Assembly: GCA_015075185.1 (NCBI GenBank)
Contig: JABTUW010000004.1
Span: 1,144,761-1,208,760, forward strand
Direction: 5' to 3'
Length of the DNA stretch: 64,000 nucleotides
Origin: Anaerolineales bacterium
GTDB lineage: Bacteria; Chloroflexota; Anaerolineae; 4572-78; J111
Positions 15,059 through 24,730 of the stretch are shown here, one piece after another. How positions within the stretch are numbered: position 1 is the stretch's first letter; every line of letters begins with the position of its first letter. A program made the translations under genes and the position numbers. A model generated the notes under the pieces. It was given only the letters and a program-made list of their open reading frames with translations, was not told where the DNA came from and searched no databases.

Positions 15059-18004
15059 ATGAAAACTAAGTTATGGTTTGTATTGGCTTTGTTGGTTATC
15101 CTGGCGACAATTGCGCCTCAGCCGACTCAGGCTTCCAGACTTGCTCAGACAGGCTTTGACAAGGACAAAATCCTGGAAGACGGCAAGATCACCATCGCCT
15201 GGATCCCCAAGGCGTTGAACAACCCCGTCTTTGAAATCGGCCGGGTTGGCGCGGAAACCAAGGCCGCCGAACTGACCGAAGCCGGTCCGTACGAGATCGA
15301 GATCAACTACACCGCCTCGGTGGCTTCGGACGCGGCGGAACAGGCCCGTGTCATCGAGGATGCCATTGCCTCAGGAGTAGAAGCCATCGGCGTTTCCTGC
15401 AACGACCCCACCGGCTGTATTGATCCGATCAACAAGGCGATTGAGGCCGGCATTCCGGTGATGACCTGGGACTCTGACTCGCCTGACAGCGACCGCTTCA
15501 CCTACCTCGGCGTGGACAACTACGAGGGCGGGAAGGCTGCCGCTGACCTGATGAAGAAGGCCCTGCCCGACGGCGGGAAAGTGGCCCTGCTGACCGGTGT
15601 GCCGGGCGCGTTCAACCTCGAAGAGCGCATCCGCGGCTTCAAGGATGGCGTCGAGGGGACCAACATCGAGGTTATCGCTACCGTTGCCTGCGACGACGAC
15701 ATCAACAAGGGCGTCCAGGTGGTTGAGGAGACGATGCAGGCCAATCCTGACCTCAACGGCTGGTTCTTTGTCGGCCTGTGGCCGCTCTTCGCCGAGCGCG
15801 GCTCAATGCCGCTCTGGGAAGAGGCCAGCGCCTCCGGCAATCTCAAGACTGTGGCCTTCGACACCCTGCCGGTCGAACTTGAGTACCTCCAGGAAGGGCT
15901 GCTCTACGGGCTGGTCGGGCAGAAGTACTGGGGCTGGGGCTATGACACCACCCAGATGATCTACGACACCATCGTGGACGGCAAGCAGTTCGACTCCTTC
16001 ACCAACTCCGGCATGGACATCGTCGGCCCGGGTAATGTGGATATAATGGCCGAAGCCTGGGCGAACAATGATTTCACTAAGCCGCTGCCGCTGGGCTTCC
16101 CGACTTTTGACAAGGACAAAATCCTGGAAGACGGCAAGATCACCATTGCCTGGATTCCCAAAGCGTTGAACAACCCTGTCTTTGAAGTTGGCCGGGTTGG
16201 CGCGGAAACCAAGGCCGCCGAACTGACCGAAGCCGGCCCATACGAGGTCGAGATCAACTACACCGCCTCGGTCGCTTCCGACGCGGCAGAACAGGCCCGC
16301 GTTATCGAAGATGCCGTCGCCGCGGGGGTAGAAGCCATCGGCGTTTCCTGCAACGACCCCACCGCCTGCGTGGACCCGATCAATAATGCCATTGACGCCG
16401 GCATTCCGGTGATGACCTGGGACTCCGACTCGCCTGATAGCGATCGTTTCACCTACCTGGGTGTGGACAACTATGAGGGTGGGAAGGCCGCCGCCGAACT
16501 GATGATCCAAGCCCTGCCGGATGGCGGGAAGGTGGCGCTGCTGACCGGCGTGCCCGGCGCGTTCAACCTCGAAGAGCGCATCCGCGGCTTCAAGGACGGC
16601 GTTGCCGGTACCAACATCGAGGTTGTCGCTACCGTCGCCTGCGATGACGACATCAACAAGGGTGTCCAGGTGGTTGAGGAGACAATGCAGGCCAATCCTG
16701 ACCTCAACGGCTGGTTCTTTGTCGGCCTGTGGCCGCTCTTCGCCGAGCGCGGCTCAATGCCGCTGTGGGAAGAGGCCAGCGCCTCCGGCAATCTCAAGAC
16801 TGTGGCCTTCGACACCCTGCCGGTCGAACTTGAGTACCTCCAGGAAGGGCTGCTCTACGGGCTGGTCGGGCAGAAGTACTGGGGCTGGGGCTATGACACC
16901 ACCCAGATGATCTACGACACCATCGTGGACGGCAAGCAGTTCGACTCCTTCACCAACTCCGGCATGGACATCGTCGGCCCGGGTAATGTGGATATAATGG
17001 CCGAAGCCTGGGCGAACAATGATTTCACTAAGCCGCTGCCGCTGGGCTTCCCGACTTTTGACAAGGACAAAATCCTGGAAGACGGCAAGATCACCATTGC
17101 CTGGATTCCCAAAGCGTTGAACAACCCTGTCTTTGAAGTTGGCCGGGTTGGCGCGGAAACCAAGGCCGCCGAACTGACCGAAGCCGGCCCATACGAGGTC
17201 GAGATCAACTACACCGCCTCGGTCGCTTCCGACGCGGCAGAACAGGCCCGCGTTATCGAAGATGCCGTCGCCGCGGGGGTAGAAGCCATCGGCGTTTCCT
17301 GCAACGACCCCACCGCCTGCGTGGACCCGATCAATAATGCCATTGACGCCGGCATTCCGGTGATGACCTGGGACTCCGACTCGCCTGATAGCGATCGTTT
17401 CACCTACCTGGGTGTGGACAACTATGAGGGTGGGAAGGCCGCCGCCGAACTGATGATCCAAGCCCTGCCGGATGGCGGGAAGGTGGCGCTGCTGACCGGC
17501 GTGCCCGGCGCGTTCAACCTCGAAGAGCGCATCCGCGGCTTCAAGGACGGCGTTGCCGGTACCAACATCGAGGTTGTCGCTACCGTCGCCTGCGATGACG
17601 ACATCAACAAGGGTGTCCAGGTGGTTGAGGAGACAATGCAGGCCAATCCTGACCTCAACGGCTGGTTCTTTGTCGGCCTGTGGCCGCTCTTCGCCGAGCG
17701 CGGCTCAATGCCGCTCTGGGAAGAGGCCTCCCTGGCCGGGATGAAGACCGTTGCCTTCGACACCCTCCCGGTCGAGCTCGACTATCTGAAGGAAGGGCTG
17801 CTCTACGGACTGGTCGGCCAGAAGTACTGGGGCTGGGGCTATGACACCACCCAGATGATCTATGACACCATCGTGGATGGCAAGCAGTTTGAGCCTTTCA
17901 CCAACTCCGGCATGGACATCGTCGGCCCCAATAACGTTGACGTGATGTCTGAAGCCTGGGCGAACAACGATTTCACCAAAGAGTTACCACCGGCGTTTGA
18001 GTAA
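15059..18004 (+). CDS. Secreted triple-tandem periplasmic sugar-binding protein (three PBP1/RbsB-like units in one polypeptide)
   Basis: 981 aa with one N-terminal signal peptide, then three ~317-aa units, each starting FDKDKILEDGKITIAWIPKALNNPVF and ending ...AWANNDFTK. Confidence 0.85.
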   Translation: MKTKLWFVLALLVILATIAPQPTQASRLAQTGFDKDKILEDGKITIAWIPKALNNPVFEIGRVGAETKAAELTEAGPYEIEINYTASVASDAAEQARVIEDAIASGVEAIGVSCNDPTGCIDPINKAIEAGIPVMTWDSDSPDSDRFTYLGVDNYEGGKAAADLMKKALPDGGKVALLTGVPGAFNLEERIRGFKDGVEGTNIEVIATVACDDDINKGVQVVEETMQANPDLNGWFFVGLWPLFAERGSMPLWEEASASGNLKTVAFDTLPVELEYLQEGLLYGLVGQKYWGWGYDTTQMIYDTIVDGKQFDSFTNSGMDIVGPGNVDIMAEAWANNDFTKPLPLGFPTFDKDKILEDGKITIAWIPKALNNPVFEVGRVGAETKAAELTEAGPYEVEINYTASVASDAAEQARVIEDAVAAGVEAIGVSCNDPTACVDPINNAIDAGIPVMTWDSDSPDSDRFTYLGVDNYEGGKAAAELMIQALPDGGKVALLTGVPGAFNLEERIRGFKDGVAGTNIEVVATVACDDDINKGVQVVEETMQANPDLNGWFFVGLWPLFAERGSMPLWEEASASGNLKTVAFDTLPVELEYLQEGLLYGLVGQKYWGWGYDTTQMIYDTIVDGKQFDSFTNSGMDIVGPGNVDIMAEAWANNDFTKPLPLGFPTFDKDKILEDGKITIAWIPKALNNPVFEVGRVGAETKAAELTEAGPYEVEINYTASVASDAAEQARVIEDAVAAGVEAIGVSCNDPTACVDPINNAIDAGIPVMTWDSDSPDSDRFTYLGVDNYEGGKAAAELMIQALPDGGKVALLTGVPGAFNLEERIRGFKDGVAGTNIEVVATVACDDDINKGVQVVEETMQANPDLNGWFFVGLWPLFAERGSMPLWEEASLAGMKTVAFDTLPVELDYLKEGLLYGLVGQKYWGWGYDTTQMIYDTIVDGKQFEPFTNSGMDIVGPNNVDVMSEAWANNDFTKELPPAFE
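15155..18001 (+). repeat. 951-bp tandem repeat x3 (coding); 15734-17728 is about 2.1 copies with a single mismatch
   Basis: Unit starts at 15155, 16106 and 17057. 15734-16777 equals 16685-17728 except for C/G at 15814/16765. Confidence 0.9.
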
Positions 18005-18020
18005 GCCGGTTTAAGGGGGC

Positions 18021-18072
18021 AGGCAGTAGTGTACCCACGGCAAGTTGACAACTTGTCCTACACTACCCGAAA
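18021..18072 (-). repeat. Copy of a ~52-nt dispersed hairpin repeat (second copy at 22827-22879, opposite orientation)
   Basis: The reverse complement TTTCGGGTAGTGTAGGACAAGTTGTCAACTTGCCGTGGGTACACTACTGCCT aligns with 22827-22879 at roughly three quarters identity. It contains the palindrome CAAGTTG-a-CAACTTG. Confidence 0.6.
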
Positions 18073-18139
18073 TCTTGGAACACACCGGTTCTGCTTGCCC
18101 CTAGCCTCGTCTTGCGTGTTGTGTGTTTCGTAATGAAAA

Positions 18140-18175
18140 TTCGGAGTGCAAAAACTATAGTTTTTGCACTCCGAA
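18140..18175. promoter_or_regulatory. Perfect 36-bp palindrome between the binding-protein and ATPase genes
   Basis: TTCGGAGTGCAAAAACTA | TAGTTTTTGCACTCCGAA. No T-tract on the + strand, so likely a partial terminator or mRNA-stabilising hairpin that sets the SBP:transporter ratio. Confidence 0.45.
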
Positions 18176-18207
18176 AAAGCTACTCTCGAAGGTGTGAGGA
18201 GTCAACC

Positions 18208-19728
18208 TTGAACACAACCCCATTACTGGAAATGCGTGGCGTTTCTAAAGCCTTTCCCGGCGTGCAGGCACTGGATAACGTAGATTTTGAAGTATACCCT
18301 GGCGAGGTAGTGGCCTTGCTCGGTGAGAATGGTGCAGGCAAGTCTACCTTGATGAAGATTTTGTCCGGCGCCTATCATATGGATCAGGGCGAAATTCGCC
18401 TGCGAGGGGAACAGGTCACGCCGCAAAATCCGCACCATGCTCAGAAACTGGGCATCTCCATCATCTACCAGGAATTCAATCTAACCCCTAATCAGAGCGT
18501 CGCCACCAATATTTTCCTGGGCCGCGAACCCAAAGAGCAAGGTCCAGGCCGGTTGTTCCAATTTGTTGACCGCAATTATATGCGCCGGGAGGCGGTCAAG
18601 CTGCTGGCCCAAGTTGGCGCGCGCTTTTCACCCGATGCGCTGGTGCGTAATCTGTCGGTCGCCGAACAGCAGATGGTCGAGATTGCCAAAGCCCTGGCCG
18701 AAAAAGCCGAGGTAATTATCATGGACGAGCCGACCTCTGCGCTGGGCGAAGAGGAAGTCGTGGTGCTCTTTGACATCATCAAGTCGTTGAAAGAGCAGGG
18801 GCTGGCGATCATTTTCATCACTCACCGCATGGAAGAAGTGTTCCGCGTCACCGACCGGATTATTATTTTCCGCGATGGCCGGCGCGTCGGCGGGATGCCG
18901 ATTGGTGAAGCAACCACCGAAAAGATAATTGCGCTCATGGTCGGCCGTCCACTGGAAGAAGTCTTTCAACATAGTGATGGACAAAAGGGCGATGTGGTCC
19001 TGGAAGTGCGCGGCCTGACCCGGCGCGGGGTCATTGAAGATGTCAGTTTTGCGCTGCGTCGTGGCGAGATTCTGGGGCTGGCCGGGTTGGTGGGCGCGGG
19101 CCGGACTGAAACAGTGCGGGCCATTTTTGGGGCCGACCCGCTGGATGCGGGAGAAATTTTGATTGACGGTAAACGGATCAATATTGACTCCCCAGAGACG
19201 GCGGTGAGAGCCGGACTAGCCCTGGTCCCAGAGAGCCGCCAGATACAGGGGTTGATGCTCATTCACAGTGTCGAGCGTAATATAGCCGTTCCTAATTTGG
19301 ACTGGCTGTTCCCCAATCGCCTGGTTGACCAGCAAAAAACACGCGCCCTGGGCCAACAATATGTGGACCGGCTGAATATCCGCACCCCTGGCCTTGCCCA
19401 GAAAGTGATGTTTTTGTCCGGCGGAAATCAGCAGAAAGTGGTGCTGGCCAAGTGGCTGGCGACCAACCCAAAAGTGTTGATCCTGGACGAACCGACCCGG
19501 GGCATTGATGTGGGGGCTAAGGCCGAAGTTCATGGGATTATGAACAATCTGGCCTTACAGGGCATCGGCATTATAATGATTTCCTCAGAAATGCCCGAGG
19601 TGCTGGCTATGAGCGACCGCATTGTGGTCATGTGCGAAGGCCGGGTGTCGGGCATTTTAGACCGGGCTGAGGCTACCCAGGAACGGATTATGGCTTATGC
19701 CAGCGGTCATGTGGCCGAGCAAGTCTGA
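18208..19728 (+). CDS. Sugar ABC transporter ATP-binding protein (RbsA-like, two NBDs)
   Basis: NBD1 has GENGAGKST, LSVAEQQ and IIMDEPT. NBD2 has LSGGNQQK and LILDEPT. A TTG at 18208 preceded by AGGAG is the likely start; the track ORF from 18112 runs through the palindrome. Confidence 0.85.
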   Translation: MNTTPLLEMRGVSKAFPGVQALDNVDFEVYPGEVVALLGENGAGKSTLMKILSGAYHMDQGEIRLRGEQVTPQNPHHAQKLGISIIYQEFNLTPNQSVATNIFLGREPKEQGPGRLFQFVDRNYMRREAVKLLAQVGARFSPDALVRNLSVAEQQMVEIAKALAEKAEVIIMDEPTSALGEEEVVVLFDIIKSLKEQGLAIIFITHRMEEVFRVTDRIIIFRDGRRVGGMPIGEATTEKIIALMVGRPLEEVFQHSDGQKGDVVLEVRGLTRRGVIEDVSFALRRGEILGLAGLVGAGRTETVRAIFGADPLDAGEILIDGKRINIDSPETAVRAGLALVPESRQIQGLMLIHSVERNIAVPNLDWLFPNRLVDQQKTRALGQQYVDRLNIRTPGLAQKVMFLSGGNQQKVVLAKWLATNPKVLILDEPTRGIDVGAKAEVHGIMNNLALQGIGIIMISSEMPEVLAMSDRIVVMCEGRVSGILDRAEATQERIMAYASGHVAEQV

Positions 19729-19765
19729 TTGAAGAGTATCTATAAAAAGAAGGGGCTAGAGTCGA

Positions 19766-20779
19766 ATGTCTTCTACCGCTAAATCATCAGCTATCAGCCG
19801 TGATGGCGCAACAACGGGTGGAACACGCTTGCGCCGCATCTTTCAAGCTCAGGAAATCGGCATTTTTCTGGTTTTACTTTTAATGGGCGCTGTTCTGGCC
19901 TGGCAAACCGAGGGAAAATTTTTAGACATCAACCGCAACCTGTTCAATGTCCTGCGGGCCTTTTCCTGGATTGCTATCAGCGCCTTTGGGCAGATTCTGG
20001 TCATTATCACCGCCGGAATTGATCTCTCGGTCGGTTCGACCATGGCCCTGTCCGGTATGCTTGCCGCCCTGGCAATGACCTCCTGGGGCTTGCCGGTTGT
20101 GCCGGGGGTGATCGTCGGTCTGCTGACCGGGGTCATGATCGGCCTGCTGAACGGCTTGTTGATCAGCAAGGCCAAGCTGCCCCCCTTTATTGCCACCCTG
20201 GGCCTGATGAGTATTGCCCGCGGTATCTGTTACGGCGTGGCGAAAGGGCAGCCGGTTCGCGGCTTACCCAAGGAGTTTAATCTTCTGGGGCAGTATGACT
20301 TGCCGGTATTCGGTTTCGGCGTGCCGCTGCCGGTCATTGTGATGTTTGTTCTGGCGATTATCATGTCGCTGTTTCTCACCCGGACCGTCTGGGGTTATCG
20401 CATCTATGCGCTGGGCGGTAATGAGCAGGCGGCGGGTCTATCCGGCATCAACACGGGCCGCATCAAGATCCTGGTCTACACCCTATGCGGCTTGCTCACG
20501 GCCCTGGGCGGCCTGCTGATGACGGCTCGCCTGGGGGTAGCGGCGCCTACGGCTGCGTTGGGCTACGAGTTGGATGTCATTGCCGCCGTGGTGATTGGTG
20601 GGACCAGCCTGGCCGGTGGGGAAGGCACAATCCTGGGCGTGCTCATCGGTGCAGCGATTATGCAGGTGCTCCGCAACGGCTTGGTCCTGCTGGGCTTTGA
20701 CCCTTACTGGCAGCCGGCGGCGATTGGCCTGGTCATTATCCTGGCCATCACGCTGGATCAACTGCGCAAACGACGATGA
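19766..20779 (+). CDS. Sugar ABC transporter permease (RbsC-like)
   Basis: 337-aa polytopic protein of the BPD_transp_2 type. Confidence 0.85.
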   Translation: MSSTAKSSAISRDGATTGGTRLRRIFQAQEIGIFLVLLLMGAVLAWQTEGKFLDINRNLFNVLRAFSWIAISAFGQILVIITAGIDLSVGSTMALSGMLAALAMTSWGLPVVPGVIVGLLTGVMIGLLNGLLISKAKLPPFIATLGLMSIARGICYGVAKGQPVRGLPKEFNLLGQYDLPVFGFGVPLPVIVMFVLAIIMSLFLTRTVWGYRIYALGGNEQAAGLSGINTGRIKILVYTLCGLLTALGGLLMTARLGVAAPTAALGYELDVIAAVVIGGTSLAGGEGTILGVLIGAAIMQVLRNGLVLLGFDPYWQPAAIGLVIILAITLDQLRKRR

Positions 20780-20808
20780 ACCAATAGCCTATTTCTTAAG
20801 AAGACTTT

Positions 20809-21417
20809 ATGACGACAATTTCAGAACAGATTATTTACATTGCCCGTTATATGTTTGAACAGCGGCTGACCGACCTGGCCGGCGGCAACATCAGCGTCCG
20901 CGACGGCGACCAAATCCATATCTCGGCGCGCTTCAGCGGCAGCAAAAAACACTGGCGGCTCAGTGACGAAGATATTATCTCCGGCGACATCTCGACCGAT
21001 GCGGTGTTAGAACACCCCCGCTTCTCGCGGGAGGGCCGGGCGCATCTGGCTATCTACCGGACCTTCGCCGATGTCGGCGCGGTGATTCACGCCCACCCTT
21101 TTCATATTCTGCCGTTCTGCGCCGCCGGGCGAGCGATGGAGCCGGTGCTGGAACAAACCCAAAAATTCGGCGTGACCCCCATCGCGCCTTATGCGCCGGC
21201 TCACAGTCCCCAGTTGGCGGAAAACATCGTGGCCGGACTGCGCGGCAAAGAAGAAGCCATTCGCAAGCAGGCGGCGGCCGTCCTGGCGGACCGGCATGGC
21301 ATCTTTGTAGCCGGCAAAGACCTCTTGGCTACCATTGACGCCCTGGAACGGCTCGACTGGAATGCCTGGTGCATTTTAGCGCAATCCTCGCTGCCCCTAG
21401 CCCCAGTAGCGCGCTGA
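20809..21417 (+). CDS. Class II aldolase/adducin-family protein
   Basis: 202 aa. Has GGNISVR near the N-terminus and an HAHP metal-binding His cluster. Confidence 0.7.
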   Translation: MTTISEQIIYIARYMFEQRLTDLAGGNISVRDGDQIHISARFSGSKKHWRLSDEDIISGDISTDAVLEHPRFSREGRAHLAIYRTFADVGAVIHAHPFHILPFCAAGRAMEPVLEQTQKFGVTPIAPYAPAHSPQLAENIVAGLRGKEEAIRKQAAAVLADRHGIFVAGKDLLATIDALERLDWNAWCILAQSSLPLAPVAR

Positions 21418-21444
21418 TTGCGCTGGTCACGCCCTATCTCGATT

Positions 21445-22347
21445 ATGCAGATAATCTTCACAGATGCACAAATATCGGACCTGGATACGTTGCTCCCTTT
21501 TGCCCAGAAGTTTAACCAGGAAGACCATCACCCGTTCGACGAAGTGGCAGTCCGGGCCGGATTGACCGGGCTGTTAAGTGACGCAGCAGCGGGCCAGGCT
21601 TGGCTTATCCGTGACGGAACTGAGGCAGTAGGCTATCTGGTCTTAACCCTGGGTTACCGCCTGGCCTATGGCCGCTACGCCTTTATTGATGAAATCTATG
21701 TCCGCCCCGATTATCGGAGCCGGGGCATTGGCCGCCGGGCTATTGCTTTTGCCGAGGAAATGTGCCGCACGTTGGGGGTCAAGGCGCTGCATCTTGAGGT
21801 GGAACGGGAGAACACCAAAGCCCGCTCCCTGTATCTGGCAGTAGGTTTTAGGGATTATAACCATTACCTGATGACCTGCTGGCTGGCCGACGCTCAAAGT
21901 CACAGCAGCGGTCCGGCTGAAGTTGCCTTCAAACCAGCTCAGAATTCAGATATCGAATTACTCGTCGGGCTGCGGCAAGAAGCAGGCGCAGAGGGTCAGG
22001 CGAACAGTCGAACTTCCCTGGGCCAGGTGGTCGGCGACAACGGGCTGGGCCGGATCTGGCTGGTCGAAACCCTTGACCAGCCGGTTGGATATGTGGCGGT
22101 CACGTTTAGTTACAGCCTGGAATTTCACGGGCGTGACGCCTTGCTGGATGAGCTGTATTTACGCCCCTCCGCCCAAGCGTTTGACAGACCAAGCCTCAGG
22201 TTTGCCCAGGCGCAGTGCCAGGTTTTAGGAGTGAATGCGCTGCATGTGGAGATGGAACGCACCAACGCTCCGGCGCAGAGCCTCTACCGGGCGGCAGGGT
22301 TTGCGGACGATGATAGTTACTTGATGACGAAGTGGCTTCTGAAATGA
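21445..22347 (+). CDS. Tandem GNAT-domain N-acetyltransferase
   Basis: Two acetyl-CoA-binding-like segments (RSRGIGRRAIAFAE plus LHLEVERENTKARSLYLAVGF, and a second LHVEMERTNAPAQSLYRAAGF). The ATG at 21445 is preferred over 21418. Confidence 0.7.
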   Translation: MQIIFTDAQISDLDTLLPFAQKFNQEDHHPFDEVAVRAGLTGLLSDAAAGQAWLIRDGTEAVGYLVLTLGYRLAYGRYAFIDEIYVRPDYRSRGIGRRAIAFAEEMCRTLGVKALHLEVERENTKARSLYLAVGFRDYNHYLMTCWLADAQSHSSGPAEVAFKPAQNSDIELLVGLRQEAGAEGQANSRTSLGQVVGDNGLGRIWLVETLDQPVGYVAVTFSYSLEFHGRDALLDELYLRPSAQAFDRPSLRFAQAQCQVLGVNALHVEMERTNAPAQSLYRAAGFADDDSYLMTKWLLK

Positions 22348-22373
22348 GGCAGGAGATATGAAACGGTGATGTA

Positions 22374-22709
22374 TTACCGATCACTCTCCGCCGGAGCAAA
22401 GAAGACAAGGATCTTCAAATCTTCTCTGATGGAGTGAAAGTGATGCTCCACGTTAGCGGCAACAAAAACTATCGTACCTGGCTCCACCGGGCGATCTTCC
22501 GCTTCCACCCGAATGTAGCCACGACCTTCCACCACGTAATAGACCTCGTCTTCGGCATGGGGCTGTTGGGGGTCAACTCCGCCCGCCGGCAGGTTGTATA
22601 AGCCTACGCTGAGAGTCGGAACCCGCAAAAACTCCAGGTAGGAACCGCCCAAACGTTGTTGCTCAATAATTAGCTGCGAAATCTCAAAAGCATTCATGCC
22701 TATCTCCAA
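22374..22709 (-). CDS. Cupin-domain protein
   Basis: 111 aa with the HAEDEVYYVVEGRG...G..VFV.A...HHF cupin motifs. Confidence 0.7.
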   Translation of the reverse strand: MEIGMNAFEISQLIIEQQRLGGSYLEFLRVPTLSVGLYNLPAGGVDPQQPHAEDEVYYVVEGRGYIRVEAEDRPVEPGTIVFVAANVEHHFHSIREDLKILVFFAPAESDR

Positions 22710-22826
22710 TGAAGAGGACGGTTTTAGCCAGTCTATCCACTCGGGTTGTTCTTCAACGATAGCGAGATGCAGTATACTATTGAACGCCGGTTTAGACCAA
22801 CTGTCAAAGCCTGGCTGTGTCTCAAT

Positions 22827-22879
22827 TTTGTGGTAGGGTAGGACAAGTTGCCCGCTTCGCGTGCCCTACAGAACTGCCT
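22827..22879 (+). repeat. Second copy of the ~52-nt dispersed hairpin repeat
   Basis: TTTGTGGTAGGGTAGGACAAGTTGCCCGCTTCGCGTGCCCTACAGAACTGCCT; see 18021-18072. Confidence 0.6.
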
Positions 22880-22964
22880 AAAATTTGAGATAGACCCTTA
22901 AAGCCCCCTCACTTGCTTGCTATTTCTACCCCGGCAAATTACAATTCAGGAAAGGAGCAAGCCG

Positions 22965-23717
22965 ATGACCCCGCTCTCTTCAACTGAGATAGGAGCGCCC
23001 GCCCGTAAATTTCTCACCGCCGAATGGCGCTACCTGGCCATGCTTAATTACGAGATTGATCCGGCCTATCTACTATCTTATGTGCCCAACGGCACAGAAT
23101 TGGATAGCTGGAACGGTAAAACTTTCGTCAGCATGGTCGGTTTTTTATTTCTCAACACCAGAATATTGGGTTGGTCAATTCCTTTTCATCGCAGCTTTGA
23201 GGAGATTAATTTACGCTTTTACGTCCGCCGCTTAGGCCCGGAAGGCTGGCGGCGGGGAGTCGTTTTTATTAAGGAAATTGTGCCCAGGGCCGCTATCGCC
23301 GGGGTGGCTCGCCGGGTGTACAACGAGAATTATGTCGCCTTGCCCATGCGGCACGAGGTTACCGCCAGCTTTGCGCCGCCATCCCTGGTGGTTGACTATA
23401 GCTGGCGCTTTAAGGAAAAGTGGAATCAACTCCAGGTACGAACCAAAGGGGATCTACAGCCCATTGTTTCCGGTTCAGAAGAAGAATTTATTACCGAGCA
23501 TTACTGGGGCTACGCGGCTCAACGTGACGGCGGCTGCGTGGAATACCAGGTGGAACATCCACGTTGGCGAATTTGGCAAGTGGGTGAAAGTGTTTTGGAC
23601 TGTGATGTGTCAGGGTTGTATGGTGATGTGTTTGTCGAGAGCCTGCGGGCTGCACCCAGCTCGGCTTTTCTGGCCGAAGGGTCAGCAGTGGTGGTTCGTC
23701 GAGGAGTTAAACTTTAA
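22965..23717 (+). CDS. DUF2071 (YqjF-like) family protein
   Basis: WRYLAMLNYEIDP..L..YVP.GTELD.W.G..FVSMVGF is typical of COG2071/DUF2071. ATG at 22965 follows AGGAGCAAGCCG. Confidence 0.6.
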   Translation: MTPLSSTEIGAPARKFLTAEWRYLAMLNYEIDPAYLLSYVPNGTELDSWNGKTFVSMVGFLFLNTRILGWSIPFHRSFEEINLRFYVRRLGPEGWRRGVVFIKEIVPRAAIAGVARRVYNENYVALPMRHEVTASFAPPSLVVDYSWRFKEKWNQLQVRTKGDLQPIVSGSEEEFITEHYWGYAAQRDGGCVEYQVEHPRWRIWQVGESVLDCDVSGLYGDVFVESLRAAPSSAFLAEGSAVVVRRGVKL

Positions 23718-23738
23718 CGGCCAAACCGGAGTGCAGAG

Positions 23739-24716
23739 ATGGTACGGAAAGATAAAGGCCGTCTAGTCATCAACGAGACCGCTAAAAAGAGTTTGAGAGT
23801 CAAAGCTCAGGCGCGCTATCGGCGTGTGAACCGGTTGAGCCAGGGTATTTTAGGAATTGTCGTGGACGCGTTCCGTAGTTTTCTGCATGCCCGCGCCCTC
23901 GAAGGGGCCGCCGCCATCGCTTACTATGCTTTGTTTTCGCTTTTTCCTCTTCTCTTTTTTCTGGTGGCGGTTGGCAGCTCGGTCTTAAAGGACGAACAGG
24001 TGCAGCGGCAGGTCCTGGCTTCTGTTACCGAAGCACTGCCTACAGCCCGAGATTTGGTTGAGAAGAACATCGAACACATGCTGGAGATACGCGGCACGGT
24101 GGGTTTGCTCGGTACGGTGGGTTTAGCCTGGTCAGCGACAGCAGTCTTTAATGCCTTGACGCACAGTATCAACCGGGCCTGGCGCAATGCCGGCAGTCAT
24201 AATTTTCTGCGGGGGCGCTTAATGGCCCTGGTCATCGCCGGCAGTTTGATCGGGTTGCTGCTGATCCTGTCACTGTTTCTGGTAACGCTTTTTAATATTT
24301 TGAGCCAGTTGAGCATTCCCCTGTTGGGCGATGTTTCAATTTATACCTCTCTTTTGTGGGGAATTTTGACCCGGTTGATTCCCTGGGTGTTGATGTATTT
24401 TGTATTTTTACTCCTGTATTGGTGGATCCCCAACATTAAAGTCAAATGGTCGGAAGCCAACTGGGGTGCTTTAATGGCCGCCTCGGCCTGGGAAGTTAAT
24501 CGGGCCGGTTTTGTCTGGTACTTGAACAGTGGTCTGGCCAGATACCAGTTGGTCTACGGTTCAATCGGCGCGCTGGTAGCCTTAATGCTATGGATTTATT
24601 TGAGCAGTGCGATTGCCATTTTTGGGGCACACTTGAGCGCGTCTATCGCCAATCACACCCGGCCCAAAAACGAAAAAAAAGGTCTGGCGAGTTACCAGAC
24701 CTACCTCAAACCTTAA
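23739..24716 (+). CDS. YihY/BrkB-family integral membrane protein
   Basis: 325 aa. A(A)AIAYYALFSLFPLL, multiple TM helices, and a WIYLSS.I.IFGA C-terminal motif. Confidence 0.7.
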   Translation: MVRKDKGRLVINETAKKSLRVKAQARYRRVNRLSQGILGIVVDAFRSFLHARALEGAAAIAYYALFSLFPLLFFLVAVGSSVLKDEQVQRQVLASVTEALPTARDLVEKNIEHMLEIRGTVGLLGTVGLAWSATAVFNALTHSINRAWRNAGSHNFLRGRLMALVIAGSLIGLLLILSLFLVTLFNILSQLSIPLLGDVSIYTSLLWGILTRLIPWVLMYFVFLLLYWWIPNIKVKWSEANWGALMAASAWEVNRAGFVWYLNSGLARYQLVYGSIGALVALMLWIYLSSAIAIFGAHLSASIANHTRPKNEKKGLASYQTYLKP

Positions 24717-24730
24717 ATCCTGAAATAATC

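Noticed and set aside
15803-17461. Two identical 235-aa minus-strand ORFs (15803-16510 and 16754-17461), plus repeated 64/98/114-aa ORFs.
   Set aside because: They are the antisense image of the 951-bp tandem repeat inside the binding-protein gene. Their identity reflects the DNA duplication, not conserved genes.
15155-18001. Whether the repeats (the 951-bp units, and the AAATCCA x4 at 52745-52775) could be CRISPR-like arrays.
   Set aside because: The period and structure are wrong: there are no 25-40-bp repeats separated by unique spacers, both lie inside ORFs, and no cas genes are present.
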